64,000 bases of DNA, taken from assembly GCA_014905635.1 (NCBI GenBank), contig JABVCE010000012.1, positions 868,001 through 932,000 on the forward strand, in the 5' to 3' direction. A program made the translations under genes and the position numbers. The notes under the pieces are model-generated. The model searched no databases. It was given only the letters and a program-made list of their open reading frames with translations, and was not told the DNA's origin. Shown one piece after another: positions 34,893-47,200 of the stretch (its first letter is position 1; every line of letters begins with the position of its first letter). The DNA comes from Scenedesmus sp. PABB004 (taxonomy: Eukaryota).

Positions 34893-36641
34893 TCACACGA
34901 CAATGTCCACCTGCCGCATCTCCTCCGCCAGGCCGGCCAGGTAGGTCTCCAGCTCCGCCTTGGCGTCGCCGCCGCTGCCGCACACCAGCCCGCCCAGCTC
35001 CTGCGCGGCGGCCGGCGGCCCGCGCGGCGGCCGGCGGTCGGCGCTGCGCGGCCGCGAGCCACGCGCCGCGCACCGCGCGCGGCGGCCGGGCGCACCTCGT
35101 CCGGGCGCGCCTTGAGCTTGGCCCACTGCGCCACGAGCCGCTTGTGGATCGCCGCCGCCTCCTCGGGCGCGTCGGTGTCCTCCCACCTGCCCGCGGGGCG
35201 CGCCGGCGCGCGCGCGCGGTGTGTTTGCTGGCGAGCCCGGGGCCGGCGCCGCGGCAAGCCCGGCGCGCCGCCGCGCCGCCGCGCACCAGTGCTCCTCGCG
35301 GCGCGCCGCCAGCAGCAGCGCGGTCCAGCGGCAAAAGGCAGCCTGCCACTTCTTGGCCCTGAGAGCGCGCGCGGCACAGTCAGTGCGCCCGCGCCTGCCC
35401 GCCCGCCGCCCGCGCGCGCCCGCGCGCGATCGCGCCGCCGCCGGCCGGCGCGCGGGGCTCACTTGATGGCCTTGTCCACCACGGCCAGGTGGCTGCGCAG
35501 CACCTCGTGCATCTCCGCCGCGTGCGCCGTGTCGCGCATGGCCACGCCGCCGAGGAACGCTGACAGTACCTGCCCGAGCTCCGCCTGCATCGCCGCCTTG
35601 GCCTCGTCGTCCAGCTCGAGCGGCGCCGCGCCGTCCTCGTCCTCGTTCTCGTCCTCCTCGCCCTCCTCGCCCTCCTCGTCCTCGTCGTCGCTGCCGTCGC
35701 TGCCGGCCTCGTCGTCGCTGCCAGACTCGCTGCCCGAGGGCTCGCCCTCCCCGTCCTCGCCCTCCTCGTCCTCCTCCTCGTCGTCGCTGGAGGCGCCGAT
35801 CTCCTGCAGGTCGCCCCAGATCTGGACGCGGCGCGCGGGCGTGAGCCGCTTGCTGCGCCGTGCCGCGGCCCGCGGGCCCCGCCGCTGCCTGCTTGTGCAG
35901 GCGTGCGGCGTTGCCCCCCCCCCCTCTTTCACACAGCGCCGCACCTCAATGAACTGGTCCTGCACCTCGGCCGGCACAAAGACCTGCGTGAGCGCCTGCA
36001 GCTCCTCCAGCGTCACCTGCGCGCGGCGGCGCCCGCGGGGCGGCGCGCGGTCGCGCCGCGCGGCGCGGGCACGGGCGCGCCCGGTGCGCGCGGCGCGGTG
36101 GCGCGCCTCGTCCTCGTCCGCCTCAACGGTGCCCATGATGATGCAGTGCTTGCCGAGCTCCTGCTCGCGCGCGTGCACCGCCTCCATGAACTGCGGCGCG
36201 CGCGGGGGGCAGCCAGGGGCGCCGCCGCCGTCGGTTGCGGCGGTTGGCGCCCGCCGCGGCGCGGCGATCGCGCCGCGATTGAAGGCAAGCAAACCCGCGC
36301 GGGCGGGCCACCTGGTCGTGCACGCTGAGCGGCTCCGCCTCCGCCTGCTTCTTCGTCTTGTGCTTTGCCGGCGGCTTGGCCGGCGCGGGCGCGGGCGCCG
36401 CCGGGGCCAGCGCTGCTGCCGCCTTGCCGCGCGCCGCCGCCGCTGCCTTCTTGCCGCGCGGCGCCGGCTTCTTGGCGGGCTCGGGCGCTGGCGGCGCGGC
36501 CTTCTTGCCGCGCGGCGCCGGCTTCTTGGCGGGCTCGGCGGCCGCCGGCTCTGCGGGCGCCGCCTTCTTGCTGCCACGCTTCTTGGCGGGCTCAGGGGCC
36601 GCCGCGGGCGCCTCCTGCGCCTTGCGCTTGGGCTTGCCCAT
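34893..36641 (-). CDS. Unknown protein with a Lys/Ala/Pro-rich N-terminus and an acidic tract (~7 exons)
   Basis: MGKPKRK...(EPAKKPAPRGKK)x2, an Asp/Glu-rich tract, and in-frame spliced exons ending ...AEEMRQVDIVV-TGA. Confidence 0.7.
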
Positions 36642-36898
36642 GGCGCTGCTGGCCGCGGCGGCGGGCGGCGCTGATGGCAGCGGCTGCGGGGCCTGCGCTC
36701 GTGCGGCCTGTGCGTTGGCGGGCTGCCGGGAGCTGCGCGCGTGTAGATTGTGTGCACGTGCTGCGGGGAGCGCGTGCGGCGCCGCCGCCCGCAGCGCGCC
36801 GGCGACAACCGCTCGAAAAGCGCAAGTGACGTGCGGCCAGCCCGCCGCGGGGCGCCGGCCCCGGCCACGCCTGTCCAGGCCCACGCTCGCTGCGCAGT

Positions 36899-38219
36899 TC
36901 ACGCTCCGCCGCTCCCGCCGCCGCCGCTGCCGCCGCCCGCGCACGCCAGCGCGCGCAGCAGGCGCTTGAAGCGCGCCCGCGCACGCGTGATGCTGCCGCC
37001 GCCCCTCGCGCGCAACGGCGCCGCCGGCGGCGCCGCCGATGGCGCCGTGGCGAGCGCCAGGCGATGCGTGACCCTGCGCGGCGGCGCCGGCAGCGCGCGG
37101 GAGCGGTTGGCCGCGGTCGACTGCTGTTGCCCCCCGCCGCGCCAGCACGCCACGCGCGCCACACACCTGTAGTACTGCCCCGCGCGGCGGCCGTGCATCG
37201 CGCAGACCTGCAGCTCCCGCACCACCACTTCGCCGCCGTCGGCGTCGCGCTGCGCCGCCAAGGCGGCGTCGGGGATGCGGGCCCGGCGCGCGCCCCTCGA
37301 CGCCGCGCCGGCGAGGCGCGAGGTCTTGGCGATCGTCACGTGCGGCGCAAAGGCGCCCTCGCGTCCCTGCGCCGCCGCGCCCGCCGGCGCGGGCTGCTCG
37401 CACAGCAGCGCCCCGCCGGCCGCGGCGGCGAAGCAGCGGCTCACGGCCGCGCCCAGCGCCTGCAGCGCGTTGCGCCCCGGGCCGGGGGCGACGTCCATGT
37501 AAAGCACCTGGCCGTGAGCGCGGGGCCGGGGCTGAGCCTGGGCGCCGCGGCAGCTGCTCCGGAGCCCGCCGCGCCGCGCCGCGCCGCCTGCCGCCCCTGC
37601 CGCGCACGCGCCTGGTGCCGGAAGTGGGCCAGCCCGCGCAGCCGCAGCGCCAGCGGCGTCAGCAGGCGCTGCGCCGCAAGCTCGTCGCGCAAGTCGGCGA
37701 GCGCGGCCGCCGCCGCGTCGAGCTGCTCCTGCGGGCGGCGGCGGGGTCGCGCGCGCGCGCGCGTCCTGAGCGCCGGGGGCCCGCCAGCCCGCCGGTCCGT
37801 TGGACCCGCCCCACCTGCTGCGGGAGCTGCAACACCATCAGGGTCAGGTGCGCCGTGACCGGCTCGAGCAGGCAGCGCGCCAGGGCTGGCTCCGCCGCGA
37901 CCAGCGCCGCCTGCACGCCCGCGAAGGCCTCCACGAGCTGGGGGCTGTGCGAGAGCTGGATGGCGATGAAGTGCGTGGGCCGTGGCGGCGGACCGCGCTT
38001 GCCTGTGCCGCCCGCGCGCTGCGACGCCGCCGTCTGCGACTGCTGCGGCCGCCGCAGCTGCTGCTGCTCTGGCGCGCCGGGGCCGTCTGCCGCCGCCCCC
38101 TGCATGGCGGGGCGCCAGGGCAGCAGAGGGCCACCGCCGCCGCGCGGCGCGCCGGCAGCAGCGGCGGCAGCGCAGCGGCCGGTCGCACGCGCAAGCCACG
38201 GCGCGGCGGCGGTCCGCAT
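36899..38219 (-). CDS. AKAP7-like 2H phosphoesterase (3 exons)
   Basis: RPTHFIAIQL; two HxT motifs (AHLTL, PHVTI); L.L.GL.HF..QVLY; ELQVCAM....YY.C. The start codon is uncertain. Confidence 0.85.
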
Positions 38220-38394
38220 GAGCGGTCAGCGCGACGAGAGCTTGCGGATGTCGCGACTGACAGAGACTCGCGGGAGCGCCCTATCAGCTGCGCCGGCGGC
38301 GTCGCGCGCGCTTCAAAAACGCCGGGACCGCGCGCCCCGGTCCGCGCCGCGCCGGCCACTCCCCGCCTCACGTCCAAGCCAACTTCCTGTCGAC

Positions 38395-39387
38395 ATGGCG
38401 ACGTCGAGCTGGCGCACGGCCTGCGTGGTCGACCTCACTGCGCGCCAGGAGCAGCAGCCAGCGCCGCTGTCCTGCGCGCCGCCCTCGCGGCAGCCGCCCG
38501 CCAGGCAGCAGCCGCTCGCCAGGAAGCAGCCGCCCGCCAGGGAGCAGCTCGCCAGGCAGCCGGTCGCGGAGCCGCCAGCGCGGCGGGCGGCAGGCGGCGC
38601 GCCGGGCGCGCTGCAGCGCGCCGCGGGCCCCGCGCCCGCCGGCCGCGCCGACAGCGGGGCGCGCGCGCAGCCGGCGACCTGCAGCGCCACCAGCAGCGCC
38701 GCCGCGCCCGACGGCCGCACTGGCGCCGGCGCCATCGCGGCGCTGCTGCGCGTGGCGGGGGTGGACGACGTGCTGGCCGAGCTGGAGGCGCTCGCCGCGG
38801 CGGGCGACCAGGCCGCGCTGCGCGCGGTCTTCGCGGCAACCGCATGCGTGCAGCAGGCCGTGCGCAAGGCGCGCGCGCGCGGGGCGGCGCCGGCGGCCGG
38901 GCGGGGCGGCGCGGCGGCGCGGCGGTGCGCCGCTCGGCGAGGGCCGCGCCGCGACCCCCGCCGCGTGCGTGCGCGCGGGCCGGCCCGTCCGCCGCAGGTG
39001 CAGGCGGCGCACCAGATGACCTACTGGCTGCCGCTGCACTGCCACTGCAACTCCAAGGTCCGCTGGCCGGGGGCGCGCGGGGACACGCTCTGCAGCGGCG
39101 ACCGCGCGCGGCGGGGCTACCAGCACAAGCTGTGCATCGACCGCGTGCTCTGCACCTTCTGCAACACCGGCTGGGCACTCGGCACGCTCGACGTGCGTGC
39201 CGCGCGGGCGGCTGCGCAGGCGCAGGCGCAGGCGCGCGGGGCGGCGGCGCCGGACGCGGCCGTGTGGCACCCGCTGCTGCACAAGCACTGCGTCAACCCC
39301 GAGTGCAGCCGTGGGCCGGGGCGCGAGGCGTTCAAGACAGCGACCGCGTCCGACGCCAGCAAGCGCGGCCCGGTGCTGCTGCGCTGA
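38395..39387 (+). CDS. Unknown protein with a C-terminal Cys/His-rich putative metal-binding domain (2 exons)
   Basis: ATG at 38395; in-frame GC-AG intron 38869-38997; HCHC...C...HKLC....CTFC...HKHC...C in exon 2. Confidence 0.65.
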   Translation: MATSSWRTACVVDLTARQEQQPAPLSCAPPSRQPPARQQPLARKQPPAREQLARQPVAEPPARRAAGGAPGALQRAAGPAPAGRADSGARAQPATCSATSSAAAPDGRTGAGAIAALLRVAGVDDVLAELEALAAAGDQAALRAVFAATACVQQAVRKARARGAAPAAGRGGAAARRCAARRGPRRDPRRVRARGPARPPQVQAAHQMTYWLPLHCHCNSKVRWPGARGDTLCSGDRARRGYQHKLCIDRVLCTFCNTGWALGTLDVRAARAAAQAQAQARGAAAPDAAVWHPLLHKHCVNPECSRGPGREAFKTATASDASKRGPVLLR

Positions 39388-39730
39388 GCGCGCGCGGGGC
39401 GCGCGTCGGCGGCGGCGGCGGCGCTGAGCGCGCGGGCGCCGGATCCAGCACCTGGCGCAGCTCCGGGGCGCGGGGGGCGCGCCGGCGCCTTGCGGGGACG
39501 AGCTGGCACCTCGATGCTGCCTGCTGGGGCAACACAACGCCCCAACCATTGGAGCCCCCGCGGGCGGGCCCCCGCGGCGGGGCGGCGCATTCGAATCGAT
39601 CGGCGCGGTTCAGCGCTGCGCTGCTGCCTCAAGAACAGCTGTCTCGCACCACACACACCGCGCAGCACACCGAACCGGCTGCTCCACCCTGCATCCAGCT
39701 CCAGCTCCAGCTCCAGCGCAGCTGCTGATC

Positions 39731-40971
39731 ATGGCCCGCTCTCACCAGCAGCTCGCGGCGGCGGTGGTGGTCGTGATGGTGGCCTGCGCTGCCGCCTATC
39801 CCGCCTACTGGGTCCGCGACGCGGCAGAGGACAAACTCCCCTGCATCGCCCACCCGACCGAGAGCGAGGGGAAGCACGGCGCGCCCGTGCCTGACAAGTG
39901 AGCTGCGGCTGCTCCCGCGCCGCGATCTGGATCGGCTGGGGCCCTGATCGGCGGGCTGTGGGCGCGCAGCAGCTTCGATCGTGCGCATCGTGCCGCACCC
40001 CCGCCCTGCTGCAGCGCCGGCGCTGCGCGTGGGCCGGATCACGCCGGGAGGAACGAGACCACCTATTTGGCCGGTCTCGCTGGGCCGGGGGCCGGGGCGT
40101 CACCGGCGGCGCCGCTGCTCGCCCACGCGCGCCGCCCCCCCGCGCCTCGCTGGCCGCCCGTCGCAGGACGACGACGTTCAAGGTCACCGAGGGCGGCAAG
40201 GCCGTCACGTCGCTCTGCCCGGGCGGCGAGTACGAGGTGTCGGTCGACTTTGCCGCCACGCCGCGCCGCGCGCTGCTCACCACCTCTGCCGGCACCCTGG
40301 CGCGCGCCACCGCGCCCTGGTGAGCCGGCCGCGCGCGCCGCGTCGCGCCGCGTCGCGCCGCGTCGCGCCGCGTCGCGCCGCGTCGCGCCGCGCCGCGCTG
40401 CGCGCAGCGCTCTCGGCGCCTGCCGACGCCGCGCCCGCTCCGCCGTGCAGCGCAAACCGCGCCTACACGCTGCCCACTGAGTCGGCGGCGGCCACGTTCG
40501 TGGACACGCTCACCGTCCCCTGCAACGCCACGGGTGCGCGCCGCCGCGACCACCGCTGCGCGCCGCGCACCCCCGCGCACCCCCGCGCACACCCCGGCGC
40601 ACCCCAGCGCGCCGCCGTGCGAGCACCGCCGCCGCCCCCGCTGCCCGCGCCGCGCAGGCGCCGCCGACCTCGTTGTCACGAGCGCGACCGGCAGCTCCGC
40701 CGCGTTCCAGGAGGCGCGGCTCAAGGTCCCCATCGCGGCCTCGCCGGCGTGCGCGGCCGCGTGCGGCGCGCCCAAGAACGCGACCGCCGCGGCGGCCGTG
40801 GCCAAGAACGCGACCGCCGCCGAGAACGCGACCGCCGTCATCGCGGCGGCCGCTGACAGCCTTGCCAACGCGACCGCGGCCGTGGCCGCCAAGAGCGGCG
40901 CCGCCGCCGCCGCCGCGCCCGCCGCCGCCGCGCTCGCCGCGCTCGCCGTGGCCGCGGCCGCGCTCTTCTGA
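39731..40971 (+). CDS. Small secreted, probably GPI-anchored glycoprotein (possibly reeler-like; 4 exons)
   Basis: Exons 39731-39897, 40167-40319, 40451-40533, 40658-40971. Signal peptide then YPAYW...C.AHP....HG.P; repeated NAT sequons; KSGA followed by a hydrophobic C-terminus. Confidence 0.75.
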
Positions 40972-41473
40972 GCAGAGCACTCCCACTGCGCGCACTGTCA
41001 AAACACCCCAAGAGACCCCCCAGCGTGTGCCCCCGCCGTGCTTTGATCGCGCGGCTTGCGCGAGTCGGATTGCAATTGCCTTTGTGCGCGCGTGTGCCGC
41101 CTGCGGCGCCGCGCGCTGGGCCGGGCCGGGCGCCGCGAGCGCGCCTGGCGTTGACCACACCACCAGCACGCCCAGCACACCCATCTCTGCTTCGGCAGCG
41201 CACAGCCACTCTATTTATATGCGACGGCCAGCCGCCGCCGCCGGGCGTTGAAGACCTGGCGTCGTGCAACCGCGTCACGTCCCAGCCCCGGCTGCACCGC
41301 CCGCTGCCGCCGCCGGCGTTGCCAGAACACCTCTGCCCGTCGACTCCAGGGCTCACACGACCCGCGCACAGCCCACGCAGCGCAGCTGCCGCCGCTGCTG
41401 CCGCCGCTGCCGCCGCCGCGCAGCGATCGAGCGGCGCCCGCCTGAGCACAGGGCGCCCTCATTGGCCCGCGCC

Positions 41474-42824
41474 ATGGCGGACAGCGCGCGCGCGAGCGCG
41501 CAGGAGGCGCGCAGCGCCTCCCGCCGGCTGCAGGCGCTGCCGACCGGGGAGCGCGTGGCCATGCTGGGCCGCGTCGCGGACGCGCTGCTGGCCCACGAAG
41601 CGGAGATACTGGCGGAGAACGCCAAGGCGCGGCCGCGGGGCCAGCGGGGCGCTGCGCGGCGCGGCAGCAGCGCCGCGAGCGGCCTGGCCCGGCGCCCGCC
41701 GCTGCGGCAGCGGCGCCCGCGGCGGCCGGGGGCAGCGGGCGCGCCTCGGCCGCGCCCGAGCCCTGGACAACGGGCGCACCGAGCCGCCGCCGCCGACGCC
41801 GCCGCCGCTGCGCGCGCCGCGCAGGACGTGGCGGAGGCGCGCGGCAAGATCAGCGAGTCGCTCCTGCAGCGCCTGGTGCTCAAGCCCGCCAAAATCCAGC
41901 AGCTCGCGGAGGGCATCCGCGCCATCGCCGCGCAGGAGGAGCCCATCCGGCGCGTGCTCGCTCGCACCGAGGTGGCAGAGGGTGCGCGGCGCGGCCGCGG
42001 TGGCCCCGCCTCGCAGTGCGAGCGCACGGGGGCACGCGCGGCGGCCGGCAGCGGCGCGGCAGCGCGCGCGGCGCGGCGGCCCACGCCGCCGCCCGTGCCG
42101 CGCCGCCGCCCGCGCGCTGCCTGCCCCCCAGGCCTGGTGCTGGAGAAGCAGACGGCGCCGATCGGCGTGCTGCTGATCATCTTTGAGGCCCGTCCCGACG
42201 CGCTGCCCCAGATCGCGGCGCTCGCGCTGCGCAGCGGCAACGGCCTGCTGCTCAAGGGTGGGCGGGGGCGCCCGCACGCGCCGCGCCGCGCGGCGCGCCG
42301 AGCCGCCGCCCGGCAGCGCGGCCGCCCGGCAGCGCGGCCGCCGGCAGCGCCGCGCCCACGCGCGCCGCGCTTGCGCCGGCAGGCGGCAAGGAGGCTGCGC
42401 GCAGCAACGCGGTGCTGCACCGGGTCATCGTGGACGCGGTCGGGCCGCTCGGGCCGTCGCTCATCCACCTCGTGACGAGCCGCGACGAGATCGCCGACCT
42501 GCTGGGTCTGGACGACGTGATCGACCTGGTCATCCCCCGCGGCGGCAACGCGCTCGTGAGCCACATACAGGTGCGCGCCGCGGCCCCGCGCCCCGCGCCC
42601 CGCGCTCTGCGCGCCCGCGCCTCCGCGCCCGCGCCTCCCGGCGTGCCGCGGCGCTCGCGCGCGCGCTCACGCCCGCGCGCCGGGCCGCGCTGCGCTGGCG
42701 GCGGCAGGCCAACACGCGCATCCCGGTGCTCGGCCACGCCGACGGCATCTGCCACGTGTACGTCGACGCCGCGGCCGACCTCGCCAAGGCGGCGCGCATC
42801 GTCGTCGACGCAAAGGCGCGCCGC

Positions 42825-42869
<45 letters not shown>

Positions 42870-43887
42870 CGCAGCCGGCGCGCTGCGCCGCGCGCCGCCT
42901 GGGGCGCCCGTGCCCACTCGCCGCCGCTGCGCGCGCGCAGGTTGACTACCCCGCTGCCTGCAACGCGGTCGAGAAGGTGCTGCTCCACGACGCGCTCGCG
43001 GCCGCCGGCGGTCTCGACGCGATCCGGGCCGCGCTCAGCGACGCGGGTGTGCAGGTGCGGCGGCCGGCGCGCCGCGCGCGCGGTCCGCGGCAGCCGCGCG
43101 GCGCGCGGGCCCGCGCCGAGCGGCGGCGCCCCGCCGCGCGCGCGCGCGCGCCAGGTGCACGCCGGCGAGCGCCTGCTGCAGCTGCAGCCGGGCTGCGGCC
43201 TGCCGCCCGCGCCGGCGGCGCGGCACGAGTACAGCAGCCTGGACGTCACGCTGGAGCTGGTGCCGGACATGGCCGCGGCCATCGACCACATCCACGCGCA
43301 CGGCAGGCGCGCCGGGGACGGGGACGGGGCGCGCCGGGGACGGGGGCGCGGGCGCGGCGGGCGGCGGCTGGGCGGGGCCTCGCCGGCGCGCAACGCTCGT
43401 GCGCAGCGAGCGCCGCTCACGTGTAACTCACACGCCGCGCCGCGTCGCGCCGCGCCGCGCCACGCAGCGGGCACACCGAGTGCATTGTGACGGAGGACGG
43501 CGCCGCGGCGGAGGCGTTCCTGCGCGGCGTGGACAGCGCGTGCGTCTTCCACAACGCCTCGACGCGCTTCGCCGACGGCTTCAGGCGCGCGGCGGCGCGG
43601 CGCAGGGCCGCGGCGGCGCAGCGCGCGGGGCGCGGCGCGCGGCGCGGCGTGCAGGAGTGCGCGGCGCCGGCCGGCGCAGCGCGCCGGGCCGACCCGCCGC
43701 CGCGCCCGTCGCCGGCAGGTTTGGGCTGGGCGCGGAGGTGGGCATCAGCACGAGCCGCATCCACGCGCGCGGCCCCGTCGGCGTGGAGGGCCTGCTGACG
43801 ACCAAGTGGGTCATGCGCGGCGGCGGCCAGGTGGTGGCCAAGGACAGCGGCGTCGCGTACACCCACCGCGCGCTGCCGACGGCCTGA
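41474..43887 (+). CDS. proA: Gamma-glutamyl-phosphate reductase (glutamate-5-semialdehyde dehydrogenase), stand-alone, 9 exons
   Basis: [108 protein letters not shown]. Confidence 0.95.
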
Positions 43888-44202
43888 GTTGCGCGGCGGC
43901 GCGACCGCGACAGCGGCGGCGGCGGCGACCCCGCGCGCGCGGCTGTGGGGATGCAGCGCGGCGCGGGCGAGCGCGCGCTGCGCCGTGGCGGGGACGGGGC
44001 AGGGCCGCACGGGCCGGCTGGGTCCGAGTAAGCGCCGCTTCGCCGCTCCCGGCAGCACAGCCCACGGCGCGCGCGCTGCGCCGCGGCCTGGCTCGCGGCA
44101 GCGATCGTCGCGTGACGCGGTTACCGCCCGGCGCGCGCACGTGCCGCAACAGGGCACTGGCGCCCGCCGCCGGAGCTTGCTTGAGCCGGGGCCGCCCCAG
44201 CG

Positions 44203-47200
44203 TCACTGCTGCTGCCTCGCCGCCGCCGCCGGGCCGCCGCCGCCGCGCGCGGCGCGCAGCTCCGCGAGCGGCTGCTCGCCCGCGTTGAGGCGGCGCGCAA
44301 ACTCGAGCATGCGCAGGTGCGCGGGCAGGCGGTCCATCGGCGTCGTGCAGCGCCCGCCCCATTCGGCGGGCACGTTGTCGAGGCCGCCCATGTGGTGCGA
44401 GATCACGCCCAGCGCCGCCTTGGGGTGCCCCACCACGACGACCTTGGCGCTGCGCGGCGGCACGAGTCGGGGGCGCGAGTCGGGCGCGTGGCGGCGCGGG
44501 TCGGCGGCGGCGCTCGCACCGCGGCGCGGTCACGCCAGCCGGCGCGGCCGCGCCCGCCGTCGGCGCGGGCGCGGCGGCGGGCGCGCCTGGTGTTGGCGTC
44601 GAGGAAGGAGGAGAGCAGCCGCCAGGGGTAGCTGAACCAGGCGGGCGCGTTGATCACCAGCGCCTGGATGGGGCGGCCGGAGCGGCCGGAGCGTTCGCGG
44701 CGGGGCGAGCGGGCGCACGTCGGCAACCGGCGGCGCGGCGGCGCGGCGGCCGGCGGCGCGGCGGGCGCGGCGGCGCGCGCCTGGTGGAGGCGCTCCGGGT
44801 AGTAGTGGCCGTAGCGCACCAGGATCTGGGGGGTGGGCAGCGGCGCGGGGGTGGGCAGTGGCGCTCGGGCGGCAGGGCGCCCTTTCGCAAAACCCTATTC
44901 GCAGAGCCCTGCTGGGCAAACCCCTTCAGCAAAACCCCTCAGCAGAAACCCTCTGGCAGAGCCCTTAAAGCCCTTAACCGAGCGGCGCGCCTTGAAGAGC
45001 GTGATCATGTCGCCCATCACGTAGCTCAGCCGGAAGCCCGCCAGGTCGTACAGCTGCACCTGGAACCCACCCGGCAGCGCCCCCGGCGCCGCGACCTGCG
45101 ACGCGCACGGCGCGGGCGCGGGGCGCGGGTCGGCGCGGGGCGTCGGCACGGCGCAGCACGCCCCCCGCGCGCGGCGGCGCCGCCGCGCCACGGCCCGGCG
45201 GCGCCCCGCCCCGGCGCCCCGCCCCGGCCCCGGCGTCAACCGACCTGCACCAGGTACTCATTCAGCAGCGCGAGCGTGTGCTCCACCTGCACCAGGCTCA
45301 CGCCCGGCGTGCCTGTCGCGGCGGCGGCACGGCGCGGCGCGGCGCGGCGTGGGGCACGGCGCCCGGCGCCGCAGCGAGCCGCGCGGCGCGGGCACGGCCC
45401 CTGGCGCGCGGCGCACCGGGCGGGGGGTTGAACACCAGGTCGCACAGGTCCTTGATGGCCCCGACCTGCGCGGCGGCGGCGCGGCGGCGCTGGGCGTTGT
45501 GCACGGCCGGCCTGGCCAGGGGCGGGCGACACGCTGGGGAGCGACGCGCGGGGGACGCCCGGGCGGGTGCGGCGTCGCCGCGCCTTCATGAGCACGACGG
45601 CGTGGCCGTCTGGGTTTTCGTCAAGCAGCGTGTATGTGGGGAACGCGGCCGCGATGGCCTCAAAGCCGGGGCACGGCCGCGTGAGCACCGAGTCGACGTC
45701 CATGCGCACGCGCCACTTGTGCGTGCGCCGCGCCTGCTCGCGCGACGCCTCGAGCGTGGGCTTGGCGTTGAGGAAACTGCGCGGCCGGCGGCGCGGCGGC
45801 GGCGGCGCGGGGCGGGGCGGCGGCGCGCTCGGCGGCGCGCTCGGCGGCGCGCTCGGCGGCGCGCTCGGCGCCTGCACGCTGCGCGCGCTGCGCGCGGGCC
45901 CGTGCGCGCGTGCTGCCACCGGCGCCGCAGACACCGCCGGCCCACGCACCGCTGCTTGTTGTCCGGGTGGAGCCAGTCGGGCTCGGGGTCTGACACGAGG
46001 ACCGGCACGCCGCCGCTGACCGACAGCAGCGGCAGCAGCGCCGCGCCGCCGCTGGACATGCTCACGCTCGCCATGCGCTGGCGCAGGGCCGTCAGGCCCC
46101 GGTCGGCACGCGCCATGGCGACCTGGAGCTGCAGGAAGCGGCACGGCGCGGCGACGACGTCGCCGCTCACCAGGCGCAGCGACCAGCCGCAGCACGACGC
46201 GTCCTCCCCGCCGCCGTCCGCGCCGCCGCCAGGTGCGGCGCCGGGCGCCGCAAAGGGGCTCGCCGCCAGCACGCCCGCCTCGCTGCTGCCGCCGCCACCA
46301 CCGCCGCTGGTCGCCTTGCCGCCGCCCCCGCTGGCGGCGGCCGCGCCGCTGCGCTGCTCGCCGCTGCCACCGGCGCGCAAGCTCAGCGCGGCCAGGGCGG
46401 CGACCGCCGCGAGCTGCAGCAGCGCCACGCCCGGCGCCGCGCCCAGCTGTGCGCAAGCGAGCGCAGCGAGCAGCGCCAGCGCTGCCAGCTGCAGCGCCGT
46501 CGCCCGCTGAGGCGGCGCACCCGCGCCGCGTGCCGCCTCGCGCGCAGCCTGCCCCGCCGGGCCGCGGCCGCGACCGCCGCGACCGCGCCCGTCGCCGCCG
46601 CCGCCGCCGCCGCCGCGCCGGGGCTGCACGCGTGCGCCGCGCCGCGCCGGCCCGCGGTGTGGGGCGTGCGCACCAGCTCAATGGCCACGCTCGCGTACAC
46701 CTCAAGGCTGTGGTCCACCGCGAGGCCGCCGCCGCCGGCGACGCTGACGTCGCCCGCGCTCGCGAGCGACGCGCCGGATGGCCCCGACGGCGTCACGCCG
46801 CCCAGGTTGCCGCTGCTGCTGCTGCCGTCGGCGGCGGGGCCCGCGGGCACGCGCGCGGCGACGTGCCACGCAAAGCCCGCCGTCTGCGCCGCCGCGCGGC
46901 CGCCGCCGGCGCGCGGCCGCGGTGCAACGGCACCGCGAGTACCGCGCGGCAGGCGCGGCTCAGCAGCGCCGCGCGCGCGAGCTGCGGCGTGATGACCGCG
47001 CGCGCCGCGCCCAGCGGCGTGCTGAACAGCAGCTGCAGCGCCTCGGGCCCGGTCGGCAGCTCCGCGGGGCAGCTCAGCTCCTCCATGGTCACCTCGTGCT
47101 CGTCCGCCGCCTCCGGCGCCGCGGCCGCGACCGCCGCATCCAGCAGCGGCCCCCAGGCCGCGGGCAGGCCCACCGACACGCCCCAGCCGCCCGACACGCT

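Noticed and set aside
40335..40400. Short GC repeats ((cgcgtcgcgc)n, (gcgcg)n) as CRISPR or functional arrays
   Set aside because: No spacers and no cas genes. These are simple intronic low-complexity tracts common throughout the window.
41030..41473. Bifunctional P5CS (glutamate kinase fused to the reductase)
   Set aside because: No kinase-like exons upstream, and the previous gene ends at 40971. Only the reductase is present.
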